A program made the translations under genes and the position numbers. Below are positions 1 to 8,102 of a stretch of DNA of 18,324 nucleotides, in pieces. The DNA comes from a bacterium (GTDB taxonomy: Bacteria > Zhuqueibacterota > Zhuqueibacteria > Zhuqueibacterales > Zhuqueibacteraceae): NCBI GenBank assembly GCA_044869275.1, contig JBIOXB010000108.1, forward strand, positions 1 to 18,324, read 5' to 3'. The notes beneath the pieces are model-generated. The model did not search any database. It was not told the DNA's origin and saw only the letters and a list, made by a program, of their open reading frames with translations. How positions within the stretch are numbered: position 1 is the stretch's first letter; the number at the start of each line of letters is the position of its first letter.

Positions 1-755
1 ACCAGCTTGAACTCCAGGCGCGCGGTCTTGCCGATGATATTTTTGGCGCGGCTCACGTCAGTGATACCCGCCAGCTCGATCACCACGCGCAAATCGCCTT
101 GTTTCGTAATGGAAGGCTCGGACACTCCGAATTGGTCGATGCGGTTGCGCAGAATCTCCAGGTTGCGGTCCACCGCATCTTTGGCGTTTTTCCGGATCTC
201 CTCGACAATCTGGGCGTCCGTCTGGCTGCGATTGCCCCAATAGCGGCTCAGGCGCACTTGATTGGCCGCGAAATGCTGGCGCACGACTTCGAGAAAATCG
301 ACATTGGGCTGGGCGCCTTTCGCTTCGACCGGGCGCAGCAATTCTTCGAAGCGCGCGTCCTTGTTTTTCGCCGATTCACGCACCAGCTTGAGCAGATCGA
401 CCTCATAGACCAGATACGAGCCGCCTTGCAAATCCAGGCCGCGTTTAATCGCGCGATTATCGTGCCTGGCGATTTGGTCGTCGAGCTCGGTCAGTATTTT
501 GGTTTCGGCGAGGGCGCTGGTCAACGCTTCGGGCTGGTCTTGCAGTTTCTGCCGGATTCTTTGTTCCAGCACACCTTGCACCAGCGCGTGATTGATCTCA
601 TCCGTCTGCAAGCTGGCGAGTTGCGCGATTTTACTCTCGTGCACACTGGCCTGACCCTTTAGGCGGGTGGCCATAAACGTGGGATAAAGCTGGTAGAGCG
701 ACCACACAATGGCCGCGACTATGATGATGATTCGAAATGTATTATTGCGCCGCAT
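1..755 (-). CDS. secD: Protein translocase subunit SecD (N-terminal part; runs off the window edge)
   Basis: Absent from the ORF track because it has no stop in the window; translated by hand from ATG at 755: MRRNNTFRIIIIVAAIVWSLYQLYPT (TM1) ... IKRGLDLQGGSYLVYEVD ... LEILRNRIDQFGVSEPSITKQGDLRVVIELAGI ... IIGKTARLEFKLV. GLDLQGG and RNRIDxFGVxEP are SecD hallmarks. GGAGG lies upstream. Confidence 0.97.
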   Translation of the reverse strand, partial: MRRNNTFRIIIIVAAIVWSLYQLYPTFMATRLKGQASVHESKIAQLASLQTDEINHALVQGVLEQRIRQKLQDQPEALTSALAETKILTELDDQIARHDNRAIKRGLDLQGGSYLVYEVDLLKLVRESAKNKDARFEELLRPVEAKGAQPNVDFLEVVRQHFAANQVRLSRYWGNRSQTDAQIVEEIRKNAKDAVDRNLEILRNRIDQFGVSEPSITKQGDLRVVIELAGITDVSRAKNIIGKTARLEFKL

Positions 756-807
756 ATTCGGCAATGCCTCCAAGAAACAACGATGAATTTTTCACAAAAC
801 GAGCAAA

Positions 808-836
808 AATATAGCTGTTTCGCTCATGAAAGTCAA
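808..836 (-). promoter_or_regulatory. Sigma70-type promoter for secD
   Basis: Minus strand reads TTGACT-(17 nt)-TATATT, about 50 nt upstream of the secD ATG. Confidence 0.7.
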
Positions 837-908
837 GGCGATGTTTGCCAAAAATGGCAGAATAGCACGCCCTGGCCAAACAAAATTTTTGTTCACTCGA
901 TTCTCGCA

Positions 909-936
909 AAACTTTGTTACCTTCCCGGCAGTCTAA
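909..936 (+). promoter_or_regulatory. Putative ECF-sigma (sigmaE-like) autoregulatory promoter
   Basis: AAACTT (909-914), 16 nt spacer, GTCTAA (931-936). This resembles the GAACTT-N16/17-(G)TCTAA sigmaE-class consensus and sits 25 nt upstream of the ECF sigma ATG. Confidence 0.6.
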
Positions 937-961
937 TCACACGGACTGTTAAAAAGGCAGC

Positions 962-1585
962 ATGCAGGCGGTGTTTATGTCCGATCGCGATTTGATCGAG
1001 AAATTTCTGAGCGGAAACGCCGAGGCGTTCAATACTTTGGTTTGGCGCTGGCAGAAGATCATTTTCAATTTTGTCTGGCGCGACTTGGGCAATCGCGATG
1101 AAGCCCATGACGTGACGCAACAGGTGTTCATTCGCGTCTTTCGCAGTCTGCACAAGCTCAAGGACCGCGAGCGCTTCTCCACCTGGATTTATCAAATTGC
1201 CGCCAATTTGTGCCGCGATGTGATCAAACAGCGCCGCCGGCGAAAGGTGTTGTCTTTGGAAAACATGCAAGAAGCGGGCAGTGCCGAGCTGGCGACCAAT
1301 GATGCGTTCACGCTGATGCCGGAAAGCGATCAGCATCCCGATCGCGTCGTCAGCCGCAACCAATTGCGGGAGCTGCTGGAAAAAGCGCTGCAGGAAATTC
1401 CCGCAGAACAGCGCGTCGTGGTGATCATGAAAGAATATCAAAATTTGAAATTCACTGAGATTGCAGAAATATTGGATGCGCCGGTGAACACCGTCAAATC
1501 GCGCCTGTATTATGGTTTGAATGCCTTGAAAAAAGTGCTGGCGCGCTGGGATATCGATCGCGAGGTATTGTCCTATGAAATGTGA
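962..1585 (+). CDS. ECF RNA polymerase sigma factor (RpoE/SigW-like)
   Basis: Region 2 (EAHDVTQQVFIRVFRSL...FSTWIYQIAANLCRD) and region 4 (EQRVVVIMKEYQNLKFTEIAEILDAPVNTVKSRLYYG). AAGG upstream. Alternative start at 977. Confidence 0.95.
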   Translation: MQAVFMSDRDLIEKFLSGNAEAFNTLVWRWQKIIFNFVWRDLGNRDEAHDVTQQVFIRVFRSLHKLKDRERFSTWIYQIAANLCRDVIKQRRRRKVLSLENMQEAGSAELATNDAFTLMPESDQHPDRVVSRNQLRELLEKALQEIPAEQRVVVIMKEYQNLKFTEIAEILDAPVNTVKSRLYYGLNALKKVLARWDIDREVLSYEM

Positions 1586-2252
1586 AGATACCAAATTGCT
1601 GTTGATGGATTTTCTGTACGATGAAATCAACGCCGATGCTGAAAAGCGGTTGCGCCTGCATTTGGAATCCTGCCCCGCTTGCCGCATCGAGTATGAAGGT
1701 TTGCAGCGCACGAGCCTGGTGCTGCGCGCCTGGCCGGAAGCCGAGCCGCCGCACGCGCTTGTTTTCGTCGAACAACGCGCGAGTTGGTGGGATTCATTCA
1801 AGCAAGTTCTGTTTCCGGAGCAGGCTTCGCTCTGGGTGCGGCTGGGTTTCGGGCTGGGGACGGCCGCAATTACCGCCCTGATCCTGAGTGCCGCACTCAA
1901 TCTCGAAGTCAAGTACGACGCCGGTCGCTTCACCTATCATACCAGTCTGGCGCCGCGCGCACAAGTCGAATTGACTGAAGAGGCCAAACGGCAAGTGCTC
2001 GCCGAGTTGCAGCAGCAAAACCGCGAGTTGGTGGCGCAAATGGTGCAGGCGGGTTATGAAAAACAGCGTGGTGATCTGGACCGTGCGTTGTTCAATATCA
2101 CCGATGAGTGGCAGCGCCAACGCCAACACGATTTGCGCTTCGTCGGCCGCGGCTTGGAAGAAGTGCAGCAAAACACCGATACCCGCCTGCGGCAAACCGA
2201 GAAAATCATGATGGATCAGTTCATGCGCGTTTCCAACCCGGCGCAGAAGTAA
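1575..2252 (+). CDS. Zinc-binding (ZAS/zf-HC2) transmembrane anti-sigma factor
   Basis: N-terminal C...HLESCPAC (HxxxCxxC), one TM segment (LGFGLGTAAITALILSAAL) and a coiled-coil-like extracytoplasmic tail. Overlaps the sigma gene by 11 bp. Confidence 0.9.
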   Translation: MKCEDTKLLLMDFLYDEINADAEKRLRLHLESCPACRIEYEGLQRTSLVLRAWPEAEPPHALVFVEQRASWWDSFKQVLFPEQASLWVRLGFGLGTAAITALILSAALNLEVKYDAGRFTYHTSLAPRAQVELTEEAKRQVLAELQQQNRELVAQMVQAGYEKQRGDLDRALFNITDEWQRQRQHDLRFVGRGLEEVQQNTDTRLRQTEKIMMDQFMRVSNPAQK

Positions 2253-2274
2253 ATGAATTTCTTGTCCGAGGAAT

Positions 2275-3447
2275 ATGAATTCACTTCTGATCACAACCAT
2301 TGCCTGCACAAATTTGTTTTTGGCTGGTGGCTTGCTCGCGCAACCCGCGATGGATTGGGCGCGCATGCAGCGCGATTTGGACATCATGGAAATGGTGCTC
2401 GAGCGCTTGCTAAATGATCATTCCGCCTCCATGCTGCGCCTGGGGGGCACTGTCGCACGCGGGGTTTATTTACCCGAGTTCGGCGTGCTTTTTCAAGTGC
2501 CCCAAGTTTCCTCCAGCTTCAGCTATTTTGAGTTCCACACCGAAGACCATGACGCCGGCGCGGCCGAACGCGGCGCCAAGGCTTTCGCAGGCGCCCCGCC
2601 TTCCGCCAGCCATATGGAAGATTCTAACGCCGCCTTCGAGGCCGAGCTCCTGGAATTTTTCGGCCGCTATGCCGACGCCATCGGGCAATTGCGTCCCGAA
2701 GATCGCATTGCCGTGTATCGCAGTGCCGGCCCGGAGGTTTCAATCTTTTTCAATTTCCCCGGCGTGGAAAGCAAGAGCATCAGCTCTTCAAACCGTGAGG
2801 TGCTGGCGTGGGTGCGCAAATCCGATTTGGATGCTGCGCAATCCGGCAAGCTGAGTCCAGAGGAGCTGAAGAATCGGGTGAATTTTAGAGGCGAGCAGCA
2901 CGGTCCTGCCGCCACTCGCATCGATCAAAAGGAAATCGACATCCTGGCCGGCATTATCGAGGTCGCCTTGGGCCTGCCGCGAGGCACGGCGGAGGGCCTT
3001 TCTATCGACAATTATGGCGCAGTGCTGTTTACGCGCGCGGATTTCGAGGCTTCTTTCCCGCGCCGCATCTGGAGTTGGAGCGCAGAATCCCCGACGGAAT
3101 CGCAAAATGCCTCGTCAGGCGAAGGCTCGGATTTGCCCATGCCGAAAACCATTGAAGGCTATTTGCGCGCGAGCGAGCGCGCCAGCCGCGAACGCGCTCA
3201 AAACTGGCAAGGCGAATATCAGAAGTTCAAGGAGAGATTGATGAGCGCCGTCGCGGATTACGGTCACAGCTTGCGCTATTTGCGCTCCGAGGATAGACTG
3301 GTGGTGGTCGCCGATTTGTCGAACGCACCGGAGAAGCAGCCGCGCCAGCTCGTGTGCGCCGTCAAAAAACAGCAAGTGGAGCAGTATCATTTCCACAGAA
3401 TTTCGCAAGAACAGTTGCGCAAAGCCATGGTGCTCTATGAAAATTGA
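2275..3447 (+). CDS. Exported hypothetical protein with two internally duplicated domains
   Basis: GAGGA RBS; signal peptide ending LLA-Q; follows the anti-sigma gene after 22 bp; two homologous halves (see findings). Confidence 0.85.
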   Translation: MNSLLITTIACTNLFLAGGLLAQPAMDWARMQRDLDIMEMVLERLLNDHSASMLRLGGTVARGVYLPEFGVLFQVPQVSSSFSYFEFHTEDHDAGAAERGAKAFAGAPPSASHMEDSNAAFEAELLEFFGRYADAIGQLRPEDRIAVYRSAGPEVSIFFNFPGVESKSISSSNREVLAWVRKSDLDAAQSGKLSPEELKNRVNFRGEQHGPAATRIDQKEIDILAGIIEVALGLPRGTAEGLSIDNYGAVLFTRADFEASFPRRIWSWSAESPTESQNASSGEGSDLPMPKTIEGYLRASERASRERAQNWQGEYQKFKERLMSAVADYGHSLRYLRSEDRLVVVADLSNAPEKQPRQLVCAVKKQQVEQYHFHRISQEQLRKAMVLYEN

Positions 3448-3495
3448 CTTATCCGCGCGGCCGCTGCGTGACCAGGAGGAGTCAAGTACTAAGCT

Positions 3496-3867
3496 TCAGT
3501 AAGAGGCCATCACCCACCGCAACCGCGTGGCGCGCGTGACTACGATCTCCGCAACACCCACTTGCGAAGCCACGCCCTCGACTTCCAGCTTCCAAAACTT
3601 TTTTTCGTGCGGCAGCACCTTGAAGCCGGCGATACCGACCACGAACTTTCGGTCCGCATCAAGATAATCCATCGTGAATAGTTTTTCCATCAAGTCACGC
3701 GCATTGGTTCCTTCCGGCGCGCGCACCTGCGCGCGCAAAAAATTGCTGGAATCCGCCACCACCTCGATTTCAACCGCAAGTCCCTGGGACACGTTCGCAA
3801 GCTTTGCTTCTTCGCGGCAAGAACAAAGCAACAACCATGCGGCGAAAGCGAAAATACTACGCTTCAT
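3496..3867 (-). CDS. Small lipoprotein, DUF4430-like (transcobalamin C-terminal-like beta-grasp) domain
   Basis: AAGGAG RBS; lipoprotein-type signal MKRSIFAFAAWLLLCSC; C-terminal FVVGIAG...FWKLEVEGVASQVGVAEIVVTRATRLRW resembles the DUF4430 pattern. Confidence 0.75.
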   Translation of the reverse strand: MKRSIFAFAAWLLLCSCREEAKLANVSQGLAVEIEVVADSSNFLRAQVRAPEGTNARDLMEKLFTMDYLDADRKFVVGIAGFKVLPHEKKFWKLEVEGVASQVGVAEIVVTRATRLRWVMASY

Positions 3868-3893
3868 CCTCTTGCTCCTTGTTGCGATGAAAC

Positions 3894-3930
3894 AAAAAAG
3901 GGCTGCAGCTTACTTGCTTGCAACCCTTTT
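3894..3930 (-). terminator. Rho-independent terminator after tRNA-Asp
   Basis: Minus strand reads AAAGGGTTGCA-loop-TGCAGCCCTTTTTT: an 11-bp stem with one G-U pair, running into a U tract. Confidence 0.75.
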
Positions 3931-3933
3931 GGG

Positions 3934-4007
3934 CGGGGCCGACGGGACTTGAACCCGCGGTCTCCGGCTTGACAGGCCAGCGTGTTAACCAACTACACCA
4001 CGGCCCC
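3934..4007 (-). tRNA. tRNA-Asp(GTC)
   Basis: GGGGCCG acceptor stem pairs with CGGCCCC; D arm TAGTTGGTTA; anticodon loop CT-GTC-AA; T loop GTTCAAGTC; discriminator G. Confidence 0.97.
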
Positions 4008-4017
4008 GTTTGAACCA

Positions 4018-4101
4018 CAAACAGCAAAAAGAAAACAGAAAAAAGCAAATGTACATTACCATCTTTCTGTTTGCTTTTTGCTCTTTTCTTTTTGCGTTTT
4101 T
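4018..4101. repeat. Heptamer-periodic inverted repeat in the tRNA spacer
   Basis: Left arm CAAACAG CAAAAAG AAAACAG AAAAAAG CAAATGT; right arm CTGTTTG CTTTTTG CTCTTTT CTTTTTG CGTTTTT. Confidence 0.8.
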
Positions 4102-4107
4102 GCCCGG

Positions 4108-4181
4108 TGGGCGATAGTGGGCTCGAACCACCGACCTCCTGCTTGTAAGGCAGGCGCTCTGACCAACTGAGCTAATCGCCC
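4108..4181 (-). tRNA. tRNA-Val(TAC)
   Basis: GGGCGAT acceptor pairs with ATCGCCC; TAGCTCAGTTGGTCAGAGC D arm; anticodon loop CT-TAC-AA; GTTCGAG T loop; discriminator A. Confidence 0.97.
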
Positions 4182-4218
4182 GTATCATGGGCGGGAGGAT
4201 CTTCAATCGACAGCAGCA

Positions 4219-4506
4219 CTACCGGCCATTCTTGGCGATCTCGCCCACCGTCTCACCCTTTTTTCCCTGATACAAGATCGCGATCGGAATTATGATGCAG
4301 TATCCGACCACCAGCAAAATCGGCGCGACCGTCAACGACACGAAACTTTCTGCCGGCGGCTGAGCCAGCGCCACATACCCCAAAATGATGAGGGCAATTC
4401 CCAGGGCGAAAATTCGATAATTCAAGCTCGTGAACGGCAAGCCTTCGACCCGCAGGGCGGCCTTGCGCACGCGCTTTTGCACATCTTTCGTTTTGACTTC
4501 TTTCAT
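4219..4506 (-). CDS. Small two-TM membrane protein, DUF3098-like
   Basis: Start placed at ATG 4506, downstream of the promoter; the track's TTG start lies inside the -35 box. Pattern F..LNYRIFALGIALIILGY...SLTVAPILLVVGYCIIIPIAIL. Confidence 0.8.
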   Translation of the reverse strand: MKEVKTKDVQKRVRKAALRVEGLPFTSLNYRIFALGIALIILGYVALAQPPAESFVSLTVAPILLVVGYCIIIPIAILYQGKKGETVGEIAKNGR

Positions 4507-4537
4507 AGGCTTGATAGGCTCGTATTGAACGACACTA

Positions 4538-4566
4538 AATATATGAAAACACCGCTTCTTTGTCAA
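4538..4566 (-). promoter_or_regulatory. Strong sigma70-type promoter for the DUF3098-tRNA-Val-tRNA-Asp unit
   Basis: Minus strand reads TTGACA-(17 nt)-TATATT, with the same -10 hexamer as the secD promoter. Confidence 0.8.
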
Positions 4567-4610
4567 TCAAAATGTCGGCGACTTTGGGCTTGCTTCTTTG
4601 CGCATTTTCG

Positions 4611-4616
4611 TATAGT
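4611..4616 (+). promoter_or_regulatory. Candidate -10 element for pyrF (near-leaderless transcript)
   Basis: TATAGT ends 8 nt before the pyrF ATG. There is no Shine-Dalgarno and the -35 is only weak (TTGCTT at 15 nt spacing). Confidence 0.45.
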
Positions 4617-4624
4617 TTTTTCAC

Positions 4625-5458
4625 ATGGCTTTCACGGCCCCTCAAACTTTTAATGCCCGCTTCCGGCGCATCGTTTCTGAGCGGCGTTCGCGCTTGTGCG
4701 TTGGGCTCGACCCGGAGCTGGATAAGCTGCCCACTTGCGTGCCGCGCGATGCCGAGGGTCTGGTGCGATTTTGCCAAGAAATCGTCTCCGCCACCGCACC
4801 CTTTGCCGCCGCATTCAAGATTAATTTTGCCTTTTTCGAAGCTTTGGGAAAAAACGGCTGGGCCGCGCTCGAGCGCGTGGCCGCCGCTTTGCCGCCGGAT
4901 ACTATTCGCCTTGCCGATGCCAAGCGCGGCGACATCGGCAACACCGCACGCCTTTATGCGCATGCCATTTTTCGCGAGCTGCCTTTTGATGCGCTCACTG
5001 CGAATCCCTATCTCGGTGAAGATGCGGCGTTGCCCTTCCTCGAAGACCCGGTGAAAGGCGTTTTTTTTCTCTGCCGTACTTCCAACCCCGGCAGCGCGGG
5101 CATTCAGCTTTTTCCCCAAACACTCGAAGCAGCCGCGGACGATGGTCTCTATCTACATGTCGCGCAGCAAGTCGCCGGCTGGAACAAAAATGACAATGCC
5201 GGCTTGGTCGTAGGCGCAACGCATCCGCGCGAGCTCGAGCGTGTGCGGCAATTATGCCCAGCTTTGCCGTTTTTAATTCCCGGTGTGGGCGCGCAAGGCG
5301 GCGATCTGGAAGCCGCCGTGAAGTTCGGCGCGGGCGCGGAGGGCGATCTTGCCATCATCAACGCGAGCCGGGCGATCCTTTATGCCGGGAGTGGAAAGGA
5401 ATTTGCTCAAGCTGCCGCCGCGCAAGCGGAAGTCTTGTGCCGGCAAATGCGCTTTTGA
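4625..5458 (+). CDS. pyrF: Orotidine 5'-phosphate decarboxylase (subfamily 2)
   Basis: LCVGLDP, FKINFAFFE, catalytic DAKRGDIGNT, LCRTSNPGS, GLVVGAT, LIPGVGAQGG and INASRAILYA motifs. Confidence 0.97.
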   Translation: MAFTAPQTFNARFRRIVSERRSRLCVGLDPELDKLPTCVPRDAEGLVRFCQEIVSATAPFAAAFKINFAFFEALGKNGWAALERVAAALPPDTIRLADAKRGDIGNTARLYAHAIFRELPFDALTANPYLGEDAALPFLEDPVKGVFFLCRTSNPGSAGIQLFPQTLEAAADDGLYLHVAQQVAGWNKNDNAGLVVGATHPRELERVRQLCPALPFLIPGVGAQGGDLEAAVKFGAGAEGDLAIINASRAILYAGSGKEFAQAAAAQAEVLCRQMRF

Positions 5459-5482
5459 AAAATCTCTGACGCTTCGGAACTA

Positions 5483-6442
5483 ATGACATGGGCAAGTTTC
5501 ATGCGCGACTCTCGCAGAATCACGCCACAAAAAATCAAACTCCGCGTTCCGGGCTCGACCTCCAACCTCGGCGCTGGTTTCGATACGCTCGGTCTGGCGA
5601 TGGACATCTGGCTGGAGGTGGTTTTCATTTTTGAGACCGGTGGCTCATACCTGGTTTCGGCGCAGGGCGAGGGCGCTCCGGAAATTGCGAAAGTGGAAGA
5701 TCACTTGGTTCTGCACGCGTTTGCTCGCGCTTGCCAGGAATTGCGGCGGCCGGCGCCGCGTTTCGCGTTGGAAATCGACAATAAAATTCCACTCAAGCGC
5801 GGGCTGGGCAGCAGCGGCGCCGCCATTGTTGCGGGCTTGTTGGCGGCACAGATTTTTTTCGACAACGCTTTCTCGCAACAGGATCTGCTGAATCTCGCCT
5901 GCGAGCTGGAGGGCCATCCGGAAAACGCCTCGGCGTCTTTGTATGGAGGGTTTACCGTGAATGGTGTCGACCACGGCCGCGTGATTTGCGCACGCCTGGT
6001 TCCGCCAAAAGACTGGAGCGCCGCTTGTTTCGTCCCAGATTTGGAAATCGGAACCGAAGACGCTCGGCGCGTTTTACCGCCGTCCTTGTCGCGCCAGGAG
6101 GCCATCGGCAACATGCAAAGCGCCGCCATGATGGCCGCCGCTTTCGCGCAGGCCGATTCCGCCCTGCTCGCATTTGCGGCAAGAGATTTTTTGCATCAAC
6201 CCTATCGCAAAGCGCTGATTCCCGGTTTTGACGCCATTCTGTCCGCTGCCATGAAATGTGGTTCGCACTGCGCTTTCTTGAGCGGCTCGGGCTCGACGCT
6301 GCTGGCGATTTGCGAGAAAGATCGCACGCGCGAAGTTTCGCATGCCATGGCGCTAGCGGCGCAGGCACATGGCCTGGCGGGAAGGCCGATGATGCTCAAT
6401 TTTGCAGAGCATGGCGCGAGGTGGGAAGTCAGTAACCAGTGA
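5483..6442 (+). CDS. thrB: Homoserine kinase (GHMP family)
   Basis: RVPGSTSNLGAGFDTLGLA, IPLKRGLGSSGAA, EGHPENA, DFLHQPYR and LSGSGST motifs. The start may be 5501. Confidence 0.95.
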   Translation: MTWASFMRDSRRITPQKIKLRVPGSTSNLGAGFDTLGLAMDIWLEVVFIFETGGSYLVSAQGEGAPEIAKVEDHLVLHAFARACQELRRPAPRFALEIDNKIPLKRGLGSSGAAIVAGLLAAQIFFDNAFSQQDLLNLACELEGHPENASASLYGGFTVNGVDHGRVICARLVPPKDWSAACFVPDLEIGTEDARRVLPPSLSRQEAIGNMQSAAMMAAAFAQADSALLAFAARDFLHQPYRKALIPGFDAILSAAMKCGSHCAFLSGSGSTLLAICEKDRTREVSHAMALAAQAHGLAGRPMMLNFAEHGARWEVSNQ

Positions 6443-6480
6443 TCAGTAAGCAGTGATCAGACACTGGAAACTGGATACTT
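6430..6480. repeat. Heptamer-periodic repeat with a degenerate inverted arm, overlapping the thrB stop
   Basis: CAGTAAC CAGTGAT CAGTAAG CAGTGAT, then GACACTG GAAACTG GATACTT (reverse complements CAGTGTC, CAGTTTC, AAGTATC). Confidence 0.75.
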
Positions 6481-6544
6481 GCATCATACCTTCATCTTGT
6501 CAAAAACTAAAATCTGTATACTCAACCAAGCCACGGAGGCCATC

Positions 6545-8092
6545 ATGATTCCCGCTTTCAAAAACACCGCCTATCTCGATTATTCCCTCGAAGCCAATCG
6601 CCAATCGATGGAAAACGCGCTGAAGCTGGTCGAATCACAAGCCACGCGTGAATATCCGCTGTTCATCGACGGCAAGGACGTGCGCACGGGCGAGCTGCTC
6701 AAATCGTACAATCCTTGCGAAAAAACCCAGATGCTCGGCTCATTTCACATGGCCGGCAAGAAGGAAGTGGATTTGGCCATGCAGGCTGCGCTGCGCGCCT
6801 TTGCTTCATGGAAACACGCTGATCCCAAAGAACGCGCGATCATGATTTTCAAAGCCGCGGAAATCATGCGCCGCCGCCGCCACGAGCTTTCCGCGTTGAT
6901 GGTGCTGGAAGCGGGCAAAAATTGGAATGAAGCCGACGCTGATACCGCCGAAGCCATCGACTTTCTCGAATTTTACGGCCACGAAATGCTGCGCTACTCC
7001 GAGCGCCAGCCTATGGTGCCCGTGGCCGGTGAATTTGTCGAGCAGATTTATATTCCGCTCGGCGTGGGCGTGGTGATTCCGCCGTGGAATTTTCCGCTCG
7101 CCATACTCACCGGCATGGCCAGCGCCGCGATCGTGGCCGGCAACACGGTGTTGCTCAAGCCGGCGAGCGATACGCCGGCCATCGGTTATCGCCTGGTGGA
7201 GATATTTCAAGAAGCGGGCCTGCCGCCGGGCGTGTTGAATTACATTCCGGGCAGCGGCAGCAAGATTGGCGATTATCTCGTCACGCATCCGCAAACGCGG
7301 TTCATTTCCTTCACCGGTTCGAAAGAAGTGGGCTTGCGCATCAATCAGCTCGCCGCCACGCCCTCTCCCGGGCAAATCTGGGTCAAGCGCGTGGTGGCGG
7401 AAATGGGCGGGAAGGATGCCATCGTGGTCGATGAAGATTCCGATCTCGCCGCGGCAGTGGAAGGCGTGGCGGTGAGCGCTTTTGGTTTTCAAGGCCAGAA
7501 ATGCAGCGCCTGCTCGCGCGCGATTATTCACGAAAAGATTTACGATCACTTCGTCGAGCGTCTCGTCGAGCGTGTGCGCAAAATCACGGTCGGTCCGGTG
7601 CGCGAGCGCGGCAATTGGATGGGCGCGGTGATCAATGCTGCGGCGCAGCAAAAGATGCTCGAATACATCGAGATTGGCAAGCGTGAAGGGAAGCTGGTGT
7701 CCGGCGGCGAAAAAGGCCCGGATTCCGGTTATTTTGTCATGCCGACCATCTTCAAAGACGTTGCGCCCGAGGCCCGGCTTTCCTGCGAAGAGATTTTTGG
7801 CCCTGTTCTCGCGGTGACGAAAGCCAAGGATTTCGAGCAAGCGATCGCGTTTGCCAATGCCACGGAATATGGCCTCACCGGCGCGGCCTACACGCGCGAC
7901 CGCGACAAAATCGCCAAAGCCAAGCGCGATTTTCATGTGGGCAATCTCTACATCAACCGCAAATGCACGGGCGCGCTCGTGGGGGCCAATCCCTTCGGCG
8001 GCTTCAATATGAGCGGCACGGACTCCAAAGCGGGCGGGCGCGATTATTTGCTGTTGTTCTTGCAGTCCAAGGCGATTGCGGAGAGATTGTGA
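6545..8092 (+). CDS. pruA: 1-pyrroline-5-carboxylate (L-glutamate gamma-semialdehyde) dehydrogenase, RocA/PruA type
   Basis: GGAGG RBS before ATG 6545. EADADTAEAIDFLEFY, IPPWNFPLAI, FTGS, AEMGGKD, SAFGFQGQKCSACSR, EEIFGPV, GNLYINRKCTGA and PFGGFNMSGTDSKAGG motifs. Confidence 0.95.
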   Translation: MIPAFKNTAYLDYSLEANRQSMENALKLVESQATREYPLFIDGKDVRTGELLKSYNPCEKTQMLGSFHMAGKKEVDLAMQAALRAFASWKHADPKERAIMIFKAAEIMRRRRHELSALMVLEAGKNWNEADADTAEAIDFLEFYGHEMLRYSERQPMVPVAGEFVEQIYIPLGVGVVIPPWNFPLAILTGMASAAIVAGNTVLLKPASDTPAIGYRLVEIFQEAGLPPGVLNYIPGSGSKIGDYLVTHPQTRFISFTGSKEVGLRINQLAATPSPGQIWVKRVVAEMGGKDAIVVDEDSDLAAAVEGVAVSAFGFQGQKCSACSRAIIHEKIYDHFVERLVERVRKITVGPVRERGNWMGAVINAAAQQKMLEYIEIGKREGKLVSGGEKGPDSGYFVMPTIFKDVAPEARLSCEEIFGPVLAVTKAKDFEQAIAFANATEYGLTGAAYTRDRDKIAKAKRDFHVGNLYINRKCTGALVGANPFGGFNMSGTDSKAGGRDYLLLFLQSKAIAERL

Positions 8093-8102
8093 CTGGCATA
8101 TT

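Noticed and set aside
99..662. 187-aa plus-strand ORF and smaller neighbours
   Set aside because: Antisense to secD, which carries clear family motifs.
917..2387. Minus-strand ORFs of 338 aa and 197 aa
   Set aside because: Shadows of the sigma and anti-sigma genes.
3934..4181. tRNA-anchored integrative element
   Set aside because: No integrase, no duplicated tRNA 3' end seen in the window, and flanking genes have core composition.
3857..4206. Short ORFs across the tRNA region
   Set aside because: They overlap two canonical tRNAs, and their low-complexity translation comes from the heptamer repeat.
6497..6522. TTGTCA...TATACT promoter for pruA
   Set aside because: The spacer is only 14 nt. 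The -10 may be real, but the pair is not supportable.
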